From Candidatus Zixiibacteriota bacterium (GTDB lineage: Bacteria; Zixibacteria; MSB-5A5; CAIYYT01), in the NCBI GenBank assembly GCA_040235515.1, contig JBECKX010000015.1:1-33970 (forward strand): a DNA stretch of 33,970 nucleotides. The letters are read 5' to 3'. Made by a program: the position numbers and the translations under genes. The number at the start of each line of letters is the position of its first letter. Position 1 is the stretch's first letter. Below are positions 20,201 to 29,707 of the stretch, one piece after another. A model generated the notes under the pieces. The model saw only the letters and a program-made list of their open reading frames with translations. It was not told where the DNA came from and did no database searches.

Positions 20201-21548
20201 GTTTATTGTCCAGGAACGCGATGGCGCACGGCACACCGGCGACTATCTGAAACTCGTCGGAACTGGCGGGTTGTTCGACTTCAGCCGCCTTGCAGCTCAG
20301 CTGCGGGTAAATCTTTAGCACTGCAACGGTGTCAGTGATAGAAGGAATCGCGCCCAGCTCGATGGAGGCCTGGCATGATTGTTCGTTAGGCAGTTTTATG
20401 GTCCCCTCGAGCTTTCGCACCGGCTTAGCAGCCAGATTCTGCATGAATGAACTGAAATCCTGCGGTGCCAGCTCGCCGACCACGATCCACTGATCCAGGC
20501 TCTTTCCAATCACCTGCTGTGGACTGACCGCGAATAGCTCTCGAGCGGACTGGTTCAATCCCTCGATCCTGCCATCATTCGGATTGACGAACAGTGTTGG
20601 CGAACTGCTTCTCAATTGATTCGAGTGCGACGGCTCAATTCCCGCTGAGTTGACTTGAGGCCGTTCGAGCGCCTCTCTGAAATGCGGTCCAAATTGCAGC
20701 GCGACCAGCTTCGCCAGTTGCAGTAACTCATGCTGAATCTCGCGCGATTCGCTTGAGAGGAGCACGAGCATGCCGCAAGCTGTATCGTTGTAGCTGATCG
20801 GTAGGCAGGCACAGGTTCGCTGGCCATCCTGCGCATGAGCTTTGAATACGCCCGGCAGGCTGCTCTCAGCCAGATCGGTTATCCAGAGTGGATGATTGGA
20901 GTTGAGCGCCAGGCGGAGTCGATCCTCCTCCGTTGGCGGGAGAAACAGTTGTTCACCTGAATCAGGATCATCCCCGGCGGAACGCGACACTTCTCGCGCA
21001 GGCCATGAGAATTGGCGCCGAAGCAGCAGCCCATCCTCTTCCAGGCTCCAGATTGAGGCAATATCCCAGTTGAAGCCTGAGCAAATCTTTGAGAGTACAT
21101 CCTCGGCGACCTCTTCGAGGTTCTCCGCATCGGAGAGTAAAGCGGCAATTTCGGAGAGAACAAGCAACTGACGTTCGCCCCAATGCCGCAGGCCGGGACC
21201 CGATGAAGTGACGCTGCTGAAGAGGCATTCCTTCCCATCCACCGTCACGATCCGCGAGTGCTCTTCCACCCAGATGACCGTGCCATTCGGTCGCGTCACA
21301 CGATATTGGATCGTGAACGAGGGGCCATGCCGTTGCAGCCGCTCATAGAGCGACCTGACCCTGACCCTCTCTGAGTCGTGAATGCACTGAAACCGCGCGT
21401 CAGGTGATCCCCTCAACACACTCTCGGAGAGCCCATAGATAGACTTAGCAGCCGGGTTCGTCATTATGACTTGTCCGGTGTCTCGCTCAACGAGAATGTG
21501 AGCCTCATTCATATGGTCAAGAATATGCTCTATGCTAGACCCTTTCAT
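17202..21548 (-). CDS. Cytoplasmic hybrid sensor histidine kinase (PAS-GAF-multiple PAS-HisKA-HATPase-REC)
   Basis: About seven PAS/PAC units ending e.g. DITKRK, DITERK, DVTER; H-box [11 protein letters not shown]-box [26 protein letters not shown]; receiver VVDDE...DVVMPG...KP. Alternative TTG start at 21554. Confidence 0.93.
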   Translation of the reverse strand: MKGSSIEHILDHMNEAHILVERDTGQVIMTNPAAKSIYGLSESVLRGSPDARFQCIHDSERVRVRSLYERLQRHGPSFTIQYRVTRPNGTVIWVEEHSRIVTVDGKECLFSSVTSSGPGLRHWGERQLLVLSEIAALLSDAENLEEVAEDVLSKICSGFNWDIASIWSLEEDGLLLRRQFSWPAREVSRSAGDDPDSGEQLFLPPTEEDRLRLALNSNHPLWITDLAESSLPGVFKAHAQDGQRTCACLPISYNDTACGMLVLLSSESREIQHELLQLAKLVALQFGPHFREALERPQVNSAGIEPSHSNQLRSSSPTLFVNPNDGRIEGLNQSARELFAVSPQQVIGKSLDQWIVVGELAPQDFSSFMQNLAAKPVRKLEGTIKLPNEQSCQASIELGAIPSITDTVAVLKIYPQLSCKAAEVEQPASSDEFQIVAGVPCAIAFLDNKLRFTAASDRFLEKLHLSRNEILGRRCAEILTDFGPRWETLLERSLSGEHVRLDEEEYRLPSGTREWISWQFSPKRTHDGVITGIAMYARLMTSEHRSQQSLKRAERKYRALFDNMLDGFAYHRIIVDAAGEPVDYVFLEVNRSFEQITGLKRSEIVGRRVTEVLPQIKNDNRDWITNYGQVAMSGGDLRFEDYSVDLGRWFAVSAYSPKPGYFVTVIEDITKRKIAELELIEAGRTISTLLSNLPGMAYRCLNSPSWEMEYVSDGVLELTGYEADDLLASAGVSYSQLIVEEDRDYVWEEVQAAIKKDRPFRMSYRIRTREGEVKWVWEQGCAIKDENDELVALEGFITDITERKRAEETLRSREEFYHELIDQSSDIFTIVDATGNFIYVSTSIETTLGYDPESMIQTSSFDYIHQEDLPHVKQQLKKLFDGKIEPTVTHRFKAANGEWRLLESKIRNLLDNPHVRGIVINSRDVTERSKVELELMKLATAVEQAAEAIIITDTRALIQYVNPAFEQMSGYDRNGVIGQNPRILRSGENSPNLYREMWERLGAGLHWVGKLTNRRRDGKEYQVESAISPMKNENGEIINFVAVQRDITKEVELESQLRQAQKLEAVGRLASGIAHDFNNLLAGIRGFAELIALDVSTPEKLKSFAEEIITAAGRAADLTGQLLAFARQGNYLSVPVDIHTIITEVVSMLHHTMEKNIRVETQLDADSTMIKGDPSQIQSAILNLAVNARDAMPQGGSLTIRTENREVDAEFRGLHDLSPNQTSFVAIEVIDTGEGIPPEQIEHIFEPFFTTKPQGEGTGLGLAGVYGCVKNHNGGVFVKSQPGSGSTFTLLLPTIDVAENETSRRGTHESAFPRQHVAVVDDEHFILKFASHALSKAGFRVTTCSSGEEFLKHLNKSVAFDVAIVDVVMPGLSGQELFIESRKLRPDLPVLLMSGYSDATLHKSLEDGAAGFIPKPVTAKNLVAKVREVLESVSVAAGSALQPSSPTK

Positions 21549-21600
21549 CGCCAACCCACTCTGTCACATAAATGGTAGATCGTAAAGGCATCCCGATCGA

Positions 21601-21845
21601 GATTCATTCAAGGATTCAATACCGGATTCACAAGTTGCCTCTCACTGAGCGGTAAGCGCCACAGGTCTGAAAGGAGGCAGATACTTAGTCCATTTATCGA
21701 CTATTGTGGGTAGGCCGTTAGCTGTTGCGGTGGGCAAAAAAGGGATTCAGTATAAATAATGTTGTATTTGATTCAGGAGTGCAGTTGGCGAGATTGACTC
21801 CAGCCAGCCTGTTTCGACTCATATCCGCTGAAATCGGGTAGAATC
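21601..21845. promoter_or_regulatory. Kinase upstream region with GATTCA direct repeats, GANTC cluster and putative minus-strand promoter
   Basis: GATTCA at 21601, 21613, 21625, 21744, 21770; GACTC at 21796, 21816; GAATC at 21841; minus-strand TATACT at 21754-21749. Confidence 0.5.
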
Positions 21846-21861
21846 AGGCCTCTTCACTGAT

Positions 21862-22662
21862 TTAATCGAAGAGTTTGGCACGCTGCCACTCCTCTTCCAT
21901 CTGCTGCAGGGTGGCCTGCTTGAGATCGAGGCCGCGAGCGGCAAGCCCCTGCTCCATGCGGTCGAACCGTCGCGTGAATTTCGCCGTCGTGGCATTCAGG
22001 CACATCTCCGGCTCGGCCTTGATATGTCTGGCGAAATTTACGAGTGAGAAAATCAAGTCCCCCAGTTCATTCTTGATCGCCGAGACATCATTTTGCGCCA
22101 GCGCCTCCCTGAATTCCCCCAATTCTTCTTCGATTTTATCGAAAATATCCTCGGCTTTTTCCCAGTCGAACCCGAATTGCGCCGCCTTCTCCTGGACACG
22201 ATACGCCTTCAGCAAAGCCGGCATCGTCTTGGGAACGCCGGATAAAACCGTCTCGGCTCCCCCGGCGGCATCGCGCTGCTTCAGCTTCAGTGCTTCCCAG
22301 TTCTCGCGCACCTGGTCAGGGCTGAGGTCTTGTTTCTCCCCGAAAACATGAGGATGCCGATCGATCATTTTCTTTGTGACAACCTCGATGACATCGCTGA
22401 TATCGAACTCACCCTTCTCTTCAGCGATTTCAGCCTGGAAAATGATATGCAGCAGCAGGTCACCCAGCTCATCTTTCAGTTTGCGATAGTTGTGCCCCTC
22501 GGCTGCCTCGATTGCCTCGTAGGTCTCCTCCAGCAAGTAAGGCAAGAGCGACTCGGTTGTCTGTGCCCGGTCCCAATTGCACCCGCCGGGAGCACGCAAT
22601 CTCCTGAGGATCTCTACCAGCTCAGCGAAGAGCTTGCCGCTGTCCCGCGAGGTATCTGTCAC
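21862..22662 (-). CDS. mazG: Nucleoside triphosphate pyrophosphohydrolase MazG
   Basis: LRAPGGCNWD..QT, EETYE, ELGDLL, RHPHVFG, GFDW, EELGE, ELGDLIF (two MazG domains). GTG start chosen from upstream AGGAG. Confidence 0.95.
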   Translation of the reverse strand: MTDTSRDSGKLFAELVEILRRLRAPGGCNWDRAQTTESLLPYLLEETYEAIEAAEGHNYRKLKDELGDLLLHIIFQAEIAEEKGEFDISDVIEVVTKKMIDRHPHVFGEKQDLSPDQVRENWEALKLKQRDAAGGAETVLSGVPKTMPALLKAYRVQEKAAQFGFDWEKAEDIFDKIEEELGEFREALAQNDVSAIKNELGDLIFSLVNFARHIKAEPEMCLNATTAKFTRRFDRMEQGLAARGLDLKQATLQQMEEEWQRAKLFD

Positions 22663-22881
22663 TTCTGCCACTCTCCTGCGTATCAAATTGGTAATCCCGT
22701 GCGCAGTAAACGCGCGACGGCTATCAGGGTAGCGCGCAATATAGCAGACCGGCGCCAATCCACCAAGGCTCTTGCGGCTGGTCCGGGCAGGTTATAAGTT
22801 CCGACGGGACAACCTGTTTCACAGTGAGACAGCCGATTCGAACGCCAAATTCCGCCTCCTCCGGCGGGCTTGATAATAGCC

Positions 22882-22909
22882 TTGACTTGCCGACTAGATG
22901 CGATATACT
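22882..22909 (+). promoter_or_regulatory. Putative sigma70 promoter of valS
   Basis: TTGACT-16 bp-TATACT about 30 nt upstream of the ATG. Confidence 0.6.
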
Positions 22910-22938
22910 CATAGCCGCTAAATTTGGAACGAGAAAGT

Positions 22939-25611
22939 ATGGCTGAGACAAAAATTGCTAAACAATATAATCCCTTTGGCGTGGAGGAGCGCCTCTATCA
23001 GGATTGGCTCCAGAAGGGCTATTTCCATGCCAACGAGGATACCGAGAAAAAGACCTACAGCATCGTAATCCCACCACCGAATGCTACCGATATCCTGCAC
23101 CTCGGCCACGCGCTGAATAACACGCTGCAGGATGTTATGATCCGCTGGCAGAAGATGCTCGGAAAGGAAACATGCTGGCTGCCGGGCACAGACCATGCCG
23201 GAATCGCCACCCAGGTGGTGGTTGAGAAGCTGGTCGCCAAGGAGGGTACTTCCCGGCGCGAACTGGGACGAGACGAGTTTGTTAAGCGGGTCTGGGATTA
23301 TGTCAGCGATCGAAAAGGTCGGATTCTCAACCAGCTCAAGAAAATCGGCTGCAGTTGCGACTGGGAACGGACACGATTCACATTCGATGAGCAACTCTCC
23401 GAGGCGGTCAAGGAAGTATTCATCAGGTTGCATGAAAAGAACCTGATTTACAAAGGCAAATATATCGTCAACTGGTGCCCGCGCTGTCAGACATCGCTGT
23501 CGGATGACGAAGTCGAGCACCAGAACTACGCTTCCAAGCTCTGGTTTATCAAGTACAAGCTCAAGGGCCAGGATCAATACCTGATCGCTGCGACCACCCG
23601 CCCCGAGACGATGCTCGGCGACACGGCGCTGGCGGTCAATCCGAAAGATGAGCGCTACCAGAAGTATATAGGCAAAACGGCGATTCTACCGATCCTCGAC
23701 CGCGAATTGAAAATCGTTGCCGATGATTACGTCGATCCCGAATTCGGAACCGGTGTTGTAAAGATCACTCCGGCGCATGACCCGAATGACTTTGAGATCA
23801 GCCAGCGGCATGATCTCGAGAAGATCAATATCCTCAACCCCGACGGCACACTCAACGAAAACGCCGGCAAGTTCAAGGGATTCGATACTAAGGCTGCGCG
23901 CAAGGCTGTGTTGGCCGAACTCGAGAAGAAGGGTCTGCTCGACAAGATCGAGGATTATGACCTGACCGCCGGAACCTGCTATCGTTGTTCGACCATCGTC
24001 GAGCCCTACCTCTCGGAGCAGTGGTTCGTACGGATGAAACCGTTGGCGGAGCCGGCGATTGAAGCGGTCAAGAGCGGCCAGCTCCGATTCCATCCGGAGC
24101 ATTGGGAAAAAACATACCTCTACTGGACCGAGAATATCCGCGACTGGTGTATCTCGCGCCAGCTCTGGTGGGGACACCGCATTCCGGTCTACTATTGCCG
24201 CGACTGCAACCATGAGATGATCGCCAAGGTCAAACCTGAGAAATGCGAGAAGTGCAACAGCGCCGATATCTACCAGGAAGAGGATGTGCTTGATACCTGG
24301 TTTTCCTCGTGGCTGTGGCCCTTCTCGACCTTCGGTTGGCCGTCGCAGACCAGGGAACTCGAGACCTTCTACCCGACCAATTCACTCTTCACCGCCAGCG
24401 AAATCATCTTCCTCTGGGTGGCGCGGATGGTGATGGCTGGATATGAATTCACGGGCAAGCTTTGCTTCAATGATGTCTACATCCATGGCACCGTCCGCGA
24501 TGCCCAGGGGCGCAAGATGTCGAAGTCGCTGGGCAACGGTATCGATCCGATCGAGGTGATCAACCAGTACGGTGCCGACAGCTTGCGCCTGTCGTTGATC
24601 CTTGCGACGCCTGAGGGACAGGACCCGAACATTGCGATGAATACGTTCGAGCTTGGGCGCAACTTTGCCAACAAGCTGTGGAACGCCTCACGCTTCATCC
24701 TGATGAACCTCGGCGATGAGCTTACCGATGGCGAATTGGAGAGCATCGATGACATCCGGGAACTTCCCTTGATGGATCGCTGGATCTTGTCGCGGCTCAA
24801 CGAGACGATCAAGAAAACTACCGAGCAGCTACAGAGCTTCCGCTTCAATGCCGCCGCCAAGCTGCTGTATGAATTCATCTGGCATGACTATTGTGACTGG
24901 TATATCGAACTGGCCAAGGGGAGACTCTATGGGGAGGAGTCAGCGGAGGATCAGGTCAAAGCCAAGCGTGTGCTCGGGTTCTGTCTCGATGGCATCCTGA
25001 AGCTGCTGCACCCGTTTGCGCCATTTGTCACCGAGGAATTGTGGCACCTGCTGCATCGTCGTGACGAGGGTGACGGCTCGATTATGGAAGCGCGCTATCC
25101 ACGCGCGAACGAAAAGCTGATCGATATCAAACTTGAAGAGATGATGGCGCGCCTGCAACGTGTTGTCTACGCCATCCGCAACATTCGCGCAGAGATGAAT
25201 GTCCCACCGTCGAAGAAGGCAGAGGTCCACCTCAAGATTACTGACCCCGCTCTGCGTGAAACCCTGGAACAGAATCAGAATTACCTGATCAATCTCGGCA
25301 AGATCGAAAAGCTGGTGATCGGGGATGACCTGAAGAAGCCGCAATTGTCGGCGTCTGCGGTTATTCCTTCGGCGGAGATTTTCATTCCGCTGGCGGGGTT
25401 GATTGATGTTGACACTGAGCGCTCACGCCTGCAGAAGGAATTGGAGAATATCACCAAGCTGCTTGAAAAGACACGTAAGAAACTCGCGAACCGTGAGTTT
25501 GTCGAGCAGGCTCCAAAAGAGGTTGTCGACAAGCAGCGTGAGAAGGAGCAGGAGTACGAGGAAGTTGTCCAGAAGATCAACGCAAACCTCGAACAACTGA
25601 CGGGGTGGTAG
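22939..25611 (+). CDS. valS: Valine--tRNA ligase
   Basis: PPPN...HLGH, PGTDHAGIATQ, editing domain ATTRPET, DWCISRQLWWGH, KMSKS, C-terminal coiled coil. ATG 22939 preferred over TTG 22924. Confidence 0.98.
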   Translation: MAETKIAKQYNPFGVEERLYQDWLQKGYFHANEDTEKKTYSIVIPPPNATDILHLGHALNNTLQDVMIRWQKMLGKETCWLPGTDHAGIATQVVVEKLVAKEGTSRRELGRDEFVKRVWDYVSDRKGRILNQLKKIGCSCDWERTRFTFDEQLSEAVKEVFIRLHEKNLIYKGKYIVNWCPRCQTSLSDDEVEHQNYASKLWFIKYKLKGQDQYLIAATTRPETMLGDTALAVNPKDERYQKYIGKTAILPILDRELKIVADDYVDPEFGTGVVKITPAHDPNDFEISQRHDLEKINILNPDGTLNENAGKFKGFDTKAARKAVLAELEKKGLLDKIEDYDLTAGTCYRCSTIVEPYLSEQWFVRMKPLAEPAIEAVKSGQLRFHPEHWEKTYLYWTENIRDWCISRQLWWGHRIPVYYCRDCNHEMIAKVKPEKCEKCNSADIYQEEDVLDTWFSSWLWPFSTFGWPSQTRELETFYPTNSLFTASEIIFLWVARMVMAGYEFTGKLCFNDVYIHGTVRDAQGRKMSKSLGNGIDPIEVINQYGADSLRLSLILATPEGQDPNIAMNTFELGRNFANKLWNASRFILMNLGDELTDGELESIDDIRELPLMDRWILSRLNETIKKTTEQLQSFRFNAAAKLLYEFIWHDYCDWYIELAKGRLYGEESAEDQVKAKRVLGFCLDGILKLLHPFAPFVTEELWHLLHRRDEGDGSIMEARYPRANEKLIDIKLEEMMARLQRVVYAIRNIRAEMNVPPSKKAEVHLKITDPALRETLEQNQNYLINLGKIEKLVIGDDLKKPQLSASAVIPSAEIFIPLAGLIDVDTERSRLQKELENITKLLEKTRKKLANREFVEQAPKEVVDKQREKEQEYEEVVQKINANLEQLTGW

Positions 25612-25620
25612 CACGCACAG

Positions 25621-25672
25621 CCGTCAGGTCACGTTTCCTCGCGCGTATGCGCTCTGAGCTAAGACCTGCCGG
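25621..25672. repeat. Imperfect inverted repeat (REP-like) downstream of valS
   Basis: Arms ccgtcaggtc / gacctgccgg (9 of 10 complementary) enclosing gcgc-gtat-gcgc. Confidence 0.5.
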
Positions 25673-25805
25673 AACCTGAGTCTTGAGCTGAAGACCGGAT
25701 ATTGAGTCGAAAGTCGGTACCGCAGGGGTTCGGAACTACTCTTATAGAGTTCTCTCGCTATACACTGGCCGTTGAGCACCGGGGCAAGTTGACTTACTGA
25801 GCAAT

Positions 25806-25870
25806 TCCCCTCTTGAGAGGGGTGGATTGAGGCGAATTCGTCTGCGAATGAGCCGCAAGACGGGGTGTGT
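25806..25870. repeat. REP-like palindromic element
   Basis: cccctc-ttga-gagggg hairpin, second hairpin attcg-tctg-cgaat, ends in ggggtgtgt; no U-tail. Confidence 0.55.
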
Positions 25871-25971
25871 ATTGATGCGCTAGCTTAATGCGATTGCACC
25901 CTCCTCCCACACGATCCTTTCACTTCCAACAGCAATCCAATATCTTAGGCGCCAAGACTGGAGAGCGCACT

Positions 25972-26445
25972 ATGACCACCACCCTGCTCCGTCAGCAACT
26001 TGCCTCAATGATCCGCAAACCGAATGCGCATCCGACGCTGAATGAGATTGTGGACGGCTTCCCCAGCGAGCATTATGGCACGATCCCCGATGGCTTTGCG
26101 CATTCAGCGTGGCAGTTGATCGAGCATATGCGGATCGACATCGACGACACCATCGAGTACACGATGAGTAGTGATTTCACAATGAAGAAGATTCCGGATG
26201 ATTTCTGGCCAGAGAATCCTGCGCCCAAAGACGAGGCAGAGTGGAATCAATGTGTAGCCGAGTTCAATCAAGGGATTGAGAGGTTGATTGCGCTGGTCGA
26301 GGATGAATCGATTGATCTCTTTGCGATTCAGGTTGAAGGGCGGAAGCAGAACCTCTTCCAGTGCGCCCTGCTAGTCATTAAGCACAATTCCTATCACCTG
26401 GGACAGTTGATGCAGCTGCGGCGGCGGGTGGAGAGAATCGACTAA
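25972..26445 (+). CDS. DinB/YfiT-family protein
   Basis: HSAWQLIEHMR and HNSYHLGQL metal-binding histidines; GGAG upstream of ATG 25972. Confidence 0.88.
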   Translation: MTTTLLRQQLASMIRKPNAHPTLNEIVDGFPSEHYGTIPDGFAHSAWQLIEHMRIDIDDTIEYTMSSDFTMKKIPDDFWPENPAPKDEAEWNQCVAEFNQGIERLIALVEDESIDLFAIQVEGRKQNLFQCALLVIKHNSYHLGQLMQLRRRVERID

Positions 26446-26473
26446 CCGCCAGATGAGCGCTACCCCCTGCCCC

Positions 26474-27766
26474 CTACCCCCTCACCCACTCAACCATCGC
26501 CTCTATCGCCTTAATCGTGTTAAACGCCGACGTGTCAGGGAATGAATCGGGCAGCTTGCCGTCGAGCGGATAAGTTTCAGATGCCGTTATAGCTGCTGCG
26601 CCGTCGAAGTCGACATAGGCGATGCGCGCCGTCAGTTCTTTAGCCGGGCGACCGAACGATGAGCCGGGCAGGATCGCCACTCCTGTTTCCTCCAGTAGCC
26701 GCTCGCAAAGTGTGTGACTGTCGGTGATGCCGCGTTCCTTGAGCTGCTTCTTGTGAACGGAAAAATCGGGAAAGAGGTAGAAGCCGCCATCCGGAGGATT
26801 AACCTTGATCTCCGCAGCATTGAGTGTATCGGAGAGGCGATTACCGAGAGCGCTAAGTATCCTCCGGCAGTGCAGCAGGTATTCCTCTATCCTGATTCCT
26901 CCGGCGAAAGCGCGGCAGGCGGCATACTGGATCGGCGCACAAACCGACGTGAATGTCTCACTCGCCACCACCGCCATCATCTCCAGAATCCAGTGAAGCG
27001 AAGGAGGGAAAGTGAATGTTCCGAGACGCCACCCCCCTGCCCCACACCACTTGGAGAGCCCACTGCTGATGATCGTGGCTTCGGGATAGAAGCGTGCGAT
27101 AGAGATGTGTGCACCTTTGTGGTGGAGCTGGCCGTAGATTTCGTCGGACAGCAGGATCAGTTTGAACTCGCGAGCCACATCCGCCAGCTCTTTGAGTTGA
27201 TCCTCGGAATGAGTGCAGCCGACAGGATTCGACGGATAGTTGAGAATCAGAATGCGCGGACGGTAGCGATCATTTTCACTCTGCAAGTGCTCTCTCAAAG
27301 ATTCAGCAGAAAGCATCCAGCGATCCTGCTTGCGCGTCGGCACCAGGCTGACCCTCTTACCGATGATATTGGCCTGCGGCATATAGGATACCCAGCATGG
27401 AGTTGGTACCAGCAATTCTCCATAGAAGACGATTTGCAGGATGAACATCAATTCTTTAGAGCCGGGCCCGATGATCACCGACTCCGGATCGGCATCGACA
27501 CCATCCTTGCGACGGTGAAACTCAGCGACCGTCTGGCGAAGCTGCCAGAGCCCCTCCGCCGGGAGATAATCTTTCTGGTGGGCATTGAGTTTTAGCGAGT
27601 CGACAATCGGGATCGGCACCGGGAACGGAGACTGCCCCAGACCGAGCCGGTAGACCTGTTTGCCTTTTTCCTTAAGGCTCTTGCTGCGCTCGTTGATGGC
27701 GATCGTCGCTGACTGTCCCAGCCCGCGGACGTTCATGTTCAGGCTGACATGTTCTTCCGGTATCAT
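26474..27766 (-). CDS. PLP-dependent aminotransferase class I/II (aspartate aminotransferase-like)
   Basis: LGLGQSPFP, GPGSK, NYPSNPVG, SDEIY, SGLSKW...GWRLG (PLP lysine), GGFYLF. Confidence 0.93.
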   Translation of the reverse strand: MIPEEHVSLNMNVRGLGQSATIAINERSKSLKEKGKQVYRLGLGQSPFPVPIPIVDSLKLNAHQKDYLPAEGLWQLRQTVAEFHRRKDGVDADPESVIIGPGSKELMFILQIVFYGELLVPTPCWVSYMPQANIIGKRVSLVPTRKQDRWMLSAESLREHLQSENDRYRPRILILNYPSNPVGCTHSEDQLKELADVAREFKLILLSDEIYGQLHHKGAHISIARFYPEATIISSGLSKWCGAGGWRLGTFTFPPSLHWILEMMAVVASETFTSVCAPIQYAACRAFAGGIRIEEYLLHCRRILSALGNRLSDTLNAAEIKVNPPDGGFYLFPDFSVHKKQLKERGITDSHTLCERLLEETGVAILPGSSFGRPAKELTARIAYVDFDGAAAITASETYPLDGKLPDSFPDTSAFNTIKAIEAMVEWVRG

Positions 27767-27809
27767 AGGTCGCTCCTGGCCGAATCTGGCGCCAAACTAG
27801 TCGTTTCTG

Positions 27810-27837
27810 AGTGTATAATACTTCGTATCTTTTTCAA
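27810..27837 (-). promoter_or_regulatory. Putative promoter of the aminotransferase, overlapping a divergent plus-strand TATAAT
   Basis: Minus strand TTGAAA-16 bp-TACACT; plus strand TATAAT at 27814-27819. Confidence 0.45.
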
Positions 27838-27943
27838 CGAATCTTATCATGCAGAATCTCGCGAACCCGAGTACACTTGATTGAATACCCACCGTCTGAT
27901 TCTGTGGAGTGGAAGCTGACTTGTCGGTCACGAAAGAGCAGGT

Positions 27944-29707
27944 ATGAGAGAGATGATAACGAACGCCCGCCGGAACGCAGGCTCCCGGTGGCTGGTAGCG
28001 TCCGCCCTGGTGCTGCTGATACTCCTTGCGGCGGTTGGGGTTGCACAGATCGACTCTGTAGCCCTTGATGTCGGCGAACGGATACGTTATCGCCTCGAAT
28101 ACAGCCTCCCCTCCAGCGGGGTGCATGTGGAAAGCGAGCCGATATATACGGTCACTGCGTTGCCGGCTTTCTATGAGCGGGTCGGATTTACTGCGGTCTG
28201 GAGTCGCAAGGGCGAGCTAATCGACCAGGCCGATTCGTTGCTTGGTGAGATTAAACGCTCTGCGGAGGAGGGGCTCAATCCTGCCGACTATCACCTGGCG
28301 GTGATCGAACTGTTGCTCAATGAACTCTCACTGGCCACGCCCGGCACACCGGAGCGACGTGGGATTCTCACCGATCTTGATCTGTTGCTGACCGATGCAT
28401 TTCTGATCCTGAGCACACACTATGTCAAGGGGCGCGTTGATCCTTTCACTTTTGATGCCGAGTGGCTTGCCAGCCCGCGCGACCTCGATGCCGCAAGCTA
28501 CCTCTTCAGTGCACTGGAGACCGGAACCGTGGCGGAGTCGATGCGTCGATTGTTGCCACAGCAAACAGGCTATGCCCTGCTGAGAGACCAACTGCGCGCC
28601 TTACGCGAGGAGTTTGCCAGCGACGTGTGGGAGAGAATCCTCGATGGTCCGGCGCTCAAACCGGGGATGGAGGATCCGCGCGTACCGGAGTTGCGCGCAC
28701 GGCTCGCCGCCAGCGGAGAGTATCCAGGTGGAGAATCTGACTCGCTGCAGCCACTTCGATACGACCCCGCATTGGTAGCAGCGGTTAAGAAATTCCAGGC
28801 GCACAATGGGCTTGACGCGGACGGGACGATCGGGAGCAAAACCCTGGCTGCCCTCAACACGTCGATTGAGGAGAGGATCAAACAGGTCGAGCTAAATCTT
28901 GAGCGCTGGCGCTGGTTGCCGGAAAATCTTGGGAATAAGTATGTGATCGTCAATATCGCGAATTTCGAGCTGCGGGTGATTGAGGCAGACACGACGGCCA
29001 TGTCCATGCGCGCGATCGTCGGGCGTGCCTATCGTCGTACGCCGGTATTCAGCGATTACATTACCTACCTGGTGCTGAACCCATACTGGCATGTACCGCC
29101 GAAACTCGCGGTTCAGGATAAACTGCCGGAGATCAGGAAGGACCCCGACTACTTCACCAGAGAGGGGTTCAAAGTCTATCGTGGCTTCGGGGCCGGCCGG
29201 GTTGAAATCGACCCGAACTCTGTCGATTGGAATGCCGTGAGTGCAAAAAACTTTCCCTACTGGCTGCGCCAGGAACCGGGTCCGCGTAATGCGCTCGGGC
29301 AGGTGAAGTTCATGTTTCCGAATAAATTCAACGTCTATCTGCATGACACACCAAACCGGGAACTCTTCGTCAAGCCTGATCGGAGCCTCTCCAGCGGCTG
29401 CATCCGAATCGAACAACCGGTGGAACTCGCGCTGGAACTGTTGCGGGAGGATCCAGCCTGGAACGCAGCCCGGTTGAAGCAGGAACTCACTACCGCAGTG
29501 GACAAAACCGTGATGCTGCCGCGCAAGATCCCGGTGCATCTGCTCTACTGGACGGCATGGGTGGATGAGGATGGTACAGCAGAGTTTCGCCGCGATATCT
29601 ATGGACGTGATTCCCTCCTGAGCGAGGCGCTGTTTGGAGCGCCGCCCGACACGGTCAGGGTTCCCGTCTCCAGTACTTCAATCCTGACCAACGAGGAACT
29701 CAACTAG
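27944..29707 (+). CDS. L,D-transpeptidase, YcbB/LdtD type (scaffold + PG-binding + YkuD)
   Basis: Signal/anchor helix, EGLNPADY, AVKKFQ..NGL..DG..G PG-binding motif, NLERWRW, NPYWHVP, NALGQVKFMFPN, YLHDTP, SSGCIR. Confidence 0.93.
   Translation: MREMITNARRNAGSRWLVASALVLLILLAAVGVAQIDSVALDVGERIRYRLEYSLPSSGVHVESEPIYTVTALPAFYERVGFTAVWSRKGELIDQADSLLGEIKRSAEEGLNPADYHLAVIELLLNELSLATPGTPERRGILTDLDLLLTDAFLILSTHYVKGRVDPFTFDAEWLASPRDLDAASYLFSALETGTVAESMRRLLPQQTGYALLRDQLRALREEFASDVWERILDGPALKPGMEDPRVPELRARLAASGEYPGGESDSLQPLRYDPALVAAVKKFQAHNGLDADGTIGSKTLAALNTSIEERIKQVELNLERWRWLPENLGNKYVIVNIANFELRVIEADTTAMSMRAIVGRAYRRTPVFSDYITYLVLNPYWHVPPKLAVQDKLPEIRKDPDYFTREGFKVYRGFGAGRVEIDPNSVDWNAVSAKNFPYWLRQEPGPRNALGQVKFMFPNKFNVYLHDTPNRELFVKPDRSLSSGCIRIEQPVELALELLREDPAWNAARLKQELTTAVDKTVMLPRKIPVHLLYWTAWVDEDGTAEFRRDIYGRDSLLSEALFGAPPDTVRVPVSSTSILTNEELN

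Noticed and set aside
21862..22662. MazG as part of a toxin-antitoxin or anti-phage system
   Set aside because: It is the ordinary two-domain housekeeping type, with no mazEF or defence genes nearby.
22663..22758. N-terminal extensions in the ORF track (mazG; similarly DUF4139 to 17058 and DinB from 25888)
   Set aside because: Downstream starts have SD sequences and match the expected family N-termini.
22760..22938. T-box riboswitch upstream of valS
   Set aside because: The promoter candidate is only ~30 nt from the start, and there is no T-box motif or terminator.
25612..25971. CRISPR array or IS element
   Set aside because: No regularly spaced identical repeats, no transposase, and no terminal repeats with target duplication.
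26714..27595. 293 aa plus-strand ORF
   Set aside because: Fully antisense to the well-supported aminotransferase and has no motifs; shadow ORF.
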